Under the pieces are notes generated by a model. It had not been told where the DNA came from and ran no database searches. It saw only the letters and a list, made by a program, of their open reading frames with translations. DNA of 64,000 nucleotides from assembly GCF_006345805.1 (NCBI RefSeq), contig NC_043007.1, positions 54,498,001-54,562,000 on the forward strand. Reading direction: 5' to 3'. Position numbers and translations under genes: made by a program. Source of the stretch: Octopus sinensis (taxonomy: Eukaryota). Shown piece by piece: positions 61,763-64,000 of the stretch. Position 1 is the stretch's first letter, and each line of letters starts with the position of its first letter.

Positions 61763-63342
61763 ATAGTAGAAGGACCCGAACCCTCAAAGGGTTCCCTGAG
61801 GAGTAGCCTAATTTGTGATTTCAAAAGGATTATATTTTCCTCAGTTACAAGGGCAAAACTCGGATCTTATGAATTTTCCGAAGACCTCTCCCCACACACC
61901 ACCTTGCTTTCCGGGAATTTTTGTTTTCATATTCGTTTCCTACACCTTTTTTTTTTTTTCGATTTCGTTTCCAGGTAATGATGTCAACATTAACCAAATA
62001 CAGCAATCTGTTCTCCCTATTCAAGACTGTCAGGTAGCAATTAGGAGATATTTGGCTATTATTCTATCAATTCAGACGACTAAGTAGAAGCTCTTCTGCC
62101 GTGATCTCCGATCGACAACTAAGAAAATGTACCGAACACATTAATATATAGATACTATTGTAATATGAGGGCCCAAAAATCAGGAAGCGAGATAATAAAA
62201 GATAATTAAAAAAGACTGAAAACAAACGAAATTAGAAAATGGTGCTATTACGTTACATAGTGAATTATTTTTAGAATATATCAACGATGAATTTAATTCA
62301 AATGATAAATTTGTTAGTAATACTTAGAACTTCATATACCCGTTAATTGACGTTTCCACCAATATGAAAACACCCGCAAAAAGTGTAAACAATCTTTCAA
62401 AATCATGTGTTGTATTCCCGTAACGTTAATTACACAAAAATGATACCCTTTACGCTCAATACATAAAGAGCACTTTCAATTGAATAAATATATATTTCTT
62501 CTTATAAATACTTTTCTTGTTAAATCTTTCGACACTTGTGGAACAGAACCCAATATAACAACTACCTAATATTTGTGTATATAGATTTTGGTGAGCAGTA
62601 GAAAACCCGAGAGATTTTTCTATACTCATGTAATTCATTTTGAATTCATACCTTGTTGCAATCGACTTTACATTCTAGGGCTGATAAAATAAATACATGC
62701 CTAAGTACTAAATTGCATACTAAAGTAAGTACTATATTAACAAAGACGCACTCTACCATTATACTTGGTCTACGTCAATTCAATATTTTACTTCACGCTA
62801 AAGCGATCTTACAATTGCATTTAGTTTCACTTTGTTACCCACGTTAGATAATGATCGAAAGACCGCCCCTCTGGTGATACTAATAAAGTCAGTTGCATAA
62901 TTTTACATAACCGTCAGCTTCAATTAATGGATAGAGCAGTGATATGTCAATTGGTTTTAGCGACAGAAGTCAAACTAACTGACAAATATAAAAATGGATA
63001 GAACAAAGATATTAAAAGTACTTCAGTACAACGTGGAGGAATTTTAACATAGTTAATTCTACTTTTATACACGCAACTGAAAATGTTCGTTTTTCCATAT
63101 ATAGAGAAGAGGTTTGCGCATAGTTTGTAAGTACCATGCACGGAAGTCTACACACTTGAGTCACTTCGTGACTTTTGATTTAATAAATAAAACGGAGAAC
63201 AAAGAATGCACTGGGTTTGAAATTGTATCTGTAAACAGACACATCGTTATTTTAAAGAAGTAAAAGTATCATTATCAAACACGTACCAGTTATCAACAAA
63301 TTTATCAGACATATAATCATCTTCTTCAGTTTCTGTGGACAT
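9923..63342 (-). CDS. GPATCH11: G patch domain-containing protein 11 (CCDC75), six coding exons, 261 aa
   Basis: Exons of 56+230+242+114+82+62 = 786 nt join in frame with GT-AG introns and matching phases (2,1,0,0,1). The product has N-terminal EEDDYMSD, the G-patch [29 protein letters not shown], and a C-terminal YLRNTYFYCLWCG...CPG (DUF4187-type) region, as in known GPATCH11 proteins. Confidence 0.95.
10718..13370 (-). mobile_element. full-length hAT DNA transposon with disrupted transposase
   Basis: 8-bp TSD CTTGGGAG/CTTAGGAG; imperfect 17-bp TIRs ending TTGTCAAAAAT; subterminal GCAATAAATTATTGC palindromes. Confidence 0.9.
11181..12718 (-). pseudogene. hAT transposase (BED-like finger, catalytic core, C-terminal dimerisation motif) with a frameshift near 11785 and a stop near 11650
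   Basis: WRCKCG...FSHIKSQH, LIIDGW, RWSST and PTTNLVERFFS motifs; the two ORFs are bridged by a readable intermediate frame. Confidence 0.85.
13868..14087 (-). mobile_element. tRNA-derived SINE
   Basis: Head with A/B-box-like segments (ctgagttcaaatt) and a body shared with the copies at 43805, 49688 and 52377. Confidence 0.85.
14391..14472 (-). CDS. GPATCH11: GPATCH11 coding exon 5
   Basis: Acceptor aaatttcag|; encodes PEEKLEMVIDYLRNTYFYCLWCGATFD; donor A|gtaagt. Confidence 0.92.
15125..15540 (+). mobile_element. old RTE LINE 3' fragment
   Basis: Degenerate GRPRKTW region and the conserved terminal aagggcatccagcc...ggaaaacagacattaa. Confidence 0.8.
15743..17495 (+). mobile_element. 5'-truncated RTE LINE (RT C-terminal half with PHD insert, 3' UTR with 160-bp tandem duplication, (GAT)n tail)
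   Basis: ORFs 15781-16089 and 16011-16676 (one frameshift); (GAT)7 tail ending at 17495. Confidence 0.95.
17700..18155 (+). mobile_element. hAT 3' remnant (dimerisation-domain tail and right TIR)
   Basis: LSLLSIKADML...FKDLIKDSAIRKSKRKLF matches the hAT C-terminal LALLSIE...DFA..K.RR pattern; ends TAATCCAGCCCTG (CAGGG-type TIR). Confidence 0.6.
18839..18952 (-). CDS. GPATCH11: GPATCH11 coding exon 4
   Basis: Acceptor ctatttttcag|; encodes KITEPKDWFYWPLYRLEQKLADESEDEVEEKPILDIYS (W-x-W motif plus acidic tract); donor gtaagt; phase 0/0. Confidence 0.88.
20080..23905 (+). mobile_element. near full-length RTE LINE, family A (APE + RT with PHD insert), disrupted
   Basis: APE motifs (GTLNVGTL, CCIQEVRW, GDFNGHVG, QHRLVV) and RT motifs (NYRGIKLL, FVDMEKAFD, LYADD); ORF about 20348-23430 with several stops and frameshifts; (GAT)n tail. 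The 5' boundary is approximate. Confidence 0.95.
24128..24977 (-). mobile_element. 5'-truncated RTE LINE flanked by (TA)n
   Basis: ORF 24540-24920 ending REKTRQDK; (ATC)n tail at 24128. Confidence 0.95.
25060..25105 (-). mobile_element. short SINE 3' tail fragment
   Basis: Reverse complement of ggcggtgccccagcatggccacagctc...gctgaaactaga, also present at 51720 (+). Confidence 0.6.
25177..26560 (-). mobile_element. 5'-truncated, degenerate RTE LINE
   Basis: (ATC)n tail at 25177, 3' UTR, RT C-terminus and a decayed PHD region. Confidence 0.9.
26567..26708. repeat. compound (TG)n/(TATG)n microsatellite
   Basis: Seen directly in the sequence. Confidence 0.98.
27120..28031. mobile_element. non-autonomous foldback element with about 290-bp inverted arms
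   Basis: 27120-27400 is the reverse complement of 27720-28031; termini T(T)ACAATG...CATTGTA; related to 51348-52368. Confidence 0.75.
28205..29270 (+). mobile_element. 5'-truncated RTE LINE, family B
   Basis: EEVDHF...GRCRPRKTWDEVVKHDL; 3' UTR of the same type as the 30647 copy. Confidence 0.9.
30647..35231 (+). mobile_element. full-length RTE LINE, family B (about 4.6 kb), inserted in the Gypsy integrase
   Basis: About 900-bp 5' UTR; ORF 31553-34742 (APE+RT+PHD) with frameshifts and TGA stops at 33436 and 34347; (GAT)n tail; probable TGAAG TSD. Confidence 0.95.
35703..36062 (-). mobile_element. mariner 3' fragment inside the Gypsy pol
   Basis: Encodes PDIAPSDYHLFRS...DRWNSIVENEGEYILD-stop; TIR TATTGGGTCATTCCATAAATAATGC next to a TA. 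Confidence 0.85.
38082..38740 (-). mobile_element. mariner transposon remnant
   Basis: KGIIYYEL, FQQDSAQPH and PYSPDIVPSDYH motifs; TIR TTAGGTTGTTCAGAAAGTT after a TA. Confidence 0.85.
38835..39076 (-). CDS. GPATCH11: GPATCH11 coding exon 3
   Basis: Acceptor ttttgttttaaag|; encodes [20 protein letters not shown]...DLEKCQKVCDELDGRA; donor gtaagt. Confidence 0.93.
39560..40160 (-). mobile_element. Penelope-like element remnant (GIY-YIG endonuclease)
   Basis: Frameshifted IIY...C...YYIG motif and C-terminal IKEVALIKQFKPTIN. Confidence 0.55.
40236..40298. repeat. (CT)n microsatellite
   Basis: Seen directly in the sequence. Confidence 0.98.
40808..41230 (+). mobile_element. tRNA-derived SINE with CORE/V-like body and internal microsatellite
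   Basis: B box gggttcagtccc and gcaccttgggcaagtg; homologous to 54325-54765. Confidence 0.8.
41399..41628 (-). CDS. GPATCH11: GPATCH11 coding exon 2 (first part of G-patch)
   Basis: Acceptor ttcattctag|; encodes VNLRPGLVSK...[21 protein letters not shown]; donor G|gttggt. Confidence 0.93.
41893..41933. repeat. (TA)n microsatellite
   Basis: Seen directly in the sequence; abuts the Tc1 left end. Confidence 0.97.
41934..42862 (+). mobile_element. Tc1-family transposon, 3'-truncated, frameshifted transposase from 42304
   Basis: CAGTGGGGG TIR start with an internal direct repeat near 42117; MEKSKEL...GKSYRKIS (paired-like HTH), GAPRK, WENVLWTDESKIELFG and VKFGGG. Confidence 0.9.
43657..43750. 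repeat. (TATG)n/(TG)n microsatellite
   Basis: Seen directly in the sequence. Confidence 0.95.
43805..44005 (-). mobile_element. tRNA-derived SINE
   Basis: Same head and body as the 13868 and 52377 copies, with a different tail. Confidence 0.8.
44140..44675 (+). mobile_element. internal RTE RT fragment
   Basis: NYRNIKLLDQVMKV, FVDMEKAFDRVP and a decayed LYADD. Confidence 0.88.
45680..49190 (-). mobile_element. RTE LINE family B with two internal deletions
   Basis: (ATC)n tail at 45680; deletions at about 46250 and 47020; APE domain 47030-47900; long 5' UTR homologous to 30647-31550. Confidence 0.92.
49688..49890 (+). mobile_element. old tRNA-derived SINE
   Basis: agctggcagag...cagttcaaattcc...ctttgctttttatc, the same family as 52377. 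Confidence 0.7.
51348..52368. mobile_element. non-autonomous foldback element with about 190-bp inverted arms
   Basis: TTACAATGAAAAATG...CATTTTTCATTGTAA; arms 51348-51520 and 52190-52368; contains a SINE tail at about 51720. Confidence 0.75.
52377..52869 (+). mobile_element. tRNA-derived SINE with an internal 35-bp x8 tandem expansion
   Basis: 9-bp TSD ATATATGTT (52368-52376 and 52870-52878); unit GCTGAAAYGTTAGCATGCTTAGCAGTATTTTGTTT. Confidence 0.92.
53290..53818 (+). mobile_element. old RTE LINE 3' fragment
   Basis: Decayed RRLRW and GRPRKTW regions, conserved terminal segment and GAT tail. Confidence 0.8.
54045..54290 (+). mobile_element. old SINE with a ccttgagcaagacact (CORE/V-like) motif
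   Basis: tRNA-like head followed by gtccttgagcaagacactt. Confidence 0.55.
54325..54765 (+). mobile_element. tRNA-derived SINE with an internal (TATG)n microsatellite
   Basis: Homologous to 40808-41230; tail cccagcatggcc...gactgaaacaagtaaaagataaaaga. Confidence 0.82.
55640..55850 (-). mobile_element. degenerate RTE-type 3' terminal fragment
   Basis: Contains ggttggttataagaagggcatccagcc; strand assignment is uncertain. Confidence 0.4.
56275..57913 (+). mobile_element. head-to-tail array of RTE 3'-end units (about 330-420 bp x4) ending in a (GAT)n tail
   Basis: Junctions ccatccGAAGACCc at 56514, 56930 and 57292 join the 3' UTR to the last ORF codons (KTRQD-stop). Confidence 0.92.
58933..59330 (-). 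mobile_element. mariner 3' remnant
   Basis: LAPSDFHLFWSLQNSL...VKFHLEEFF; degenerate TIR at about 58933. Confidence 0.7.
60514..61992. mobile_element. old non-autonomous element with about 150-bp imperfect inverted ends and subterminal repeats
   Basis: 60514-60650 matches the reverse complement of 61825-61992 (TGTTGACA...TAGGAAA.GAATATGAAAACAAAAAT...). No TSD found. Confidence 0.7.
60900..61120. mobile_element. piggyBac-type MITE (221 bp)
   Basis: TTAA TSD on both sides and a perfect 12-bp TIR CCCTTTAGTGTT. Confidence 0.9.
63287..63342 (-). CDS. GPATCH11: GPATCH11 coding exon 1 (MSTETEEDDYMSDKFVDN)
   Basis: ATG at 63342-63340; EEDDYMSD motif; donor TG|gtacgt (phase 2) matches the next exon. 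Confidence 0.9.
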
Positions 63343-63420
63343 TTTTATATAAAAATACAAATAATTTCAGAAATAAAAATAATGGCGGTGAATGCGGAGT
63401 AAGGGAGATAACTGTATTGC
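63343..63420. promoter_or_regulatory. putative bidirectional promoter / 5' UTR region with YY1-like AATGGCGG motif
   Basis: Immediately upstream of the GPATCH11 ATG. Contains AATGGCGG at 63381-63388 and TAAGGGAGATAAC at 63400-63412; CpG-retaining. Confidence 0.35.
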
Positions 63421-63768
63421 GAACACTGCTGTGTATTTTGGATGTCTCAGCCCCTCATCTAGTCTTTATTCGCCGACAATCTCAGTTTATATCGTTACCT
63501 AATCTTTATTCACCTACCATCTCAATACATGCCAGTTTTTGTATCTTCTCTGAATGAAAAATCAATAACTTAGCTGTATTTGATAATATCACAATATAAA
63601 ACACTTTAAAACTCAAGAGAATATTGTACGTTTCCAACTCAGGTCTTCAATATGGGTTGATAAAGATATTCGGTTTTATTGAGGAGCCATCTCCATGAAT
63701 TGCTTTTTTTTTTTGTCTAAGATTACATGTGTCTTTAAATCATTGATTACTTTTATTTTCACAGAAAC

Positions 63769-64000
63769 ATGCATCATGGCTTGCACACCAAACACTGCAG
63801 TCCCCATTCATCCCTACCTCTTTTAAAACATGGGAAATTACTCTACAAATTTGGGCAGTTTGTATATAGGGTTTGTTTTTTCATGCCCTGGAAAAGTATA
63901 GTAAATTGTAAACGCTTTTTACAAGGGATGAACCCACAATCAAGACTGAGATCGAATATCATCAATGCAAGTCAAAGACTGCTCAGCCACCCAACATTAC
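63769..64000 (+). CDS. probable first coding exon of a divergent gene (open to the window edge; transit-peptide-like)
   Basis: Strong acceptor ttttattttcacag| followed by aaacATG. 77 open codons (MHHGLHTKHCSPHSSLPLLKHGKLL...) with no Asp or Glu. A possible upstream donor GA|gtaagg lies at 63399. Confidence 0.45.
   Translation, partial: MHHGLHTKHCSPHSSLPLLKHGKLLYKFGQFVYRVCFFMPWKSIVNCKRFLQGMNPQSRLRSNIINASQRLLSHPTL

Overview
AT-rich animal genomic DNA. The SINE, RTE and microsatellite content points to an Octopus-like cephalopod (inference). Almost the whole window is one minus-strand gene, GPATCH11 (G-patch domain protein 11/CCDC75). It has six coding exons (63342-63287, 41628-41399, 39076-38835, 18952-18839, 14472-14391, 9984-9923) that splice in frame with GT-AG introns to a 261-aa protein. 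Its introns are packed with transposable elements: about 14 RTE-clade LINE copies (two near full length, one large and internally deleted), a Mag-like Ty3/Gypsy element inside a multi-layer nest, a complete hAT with 8-bp TSD, mariner, Tc1 and Penelope relics, a piggyBac-type MITE, long-TIR foldback elements, tRNA-derived SINEs and microsatellites. The left end has an intact tRNA-Ala(TGC) gene and a higher-order tandem array that looks CRISPR-like but is not. The right end probably starts a divergent gene. The most notable observations are a C4HC3 PHD finger inside the RT domain of the RTE elements, tandemly amplified RTE 3' ends and SINE A-box region, closely spaced inverted LINE pairs, and the nested transposon complex. 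All calls were made by eye; no searches were run.
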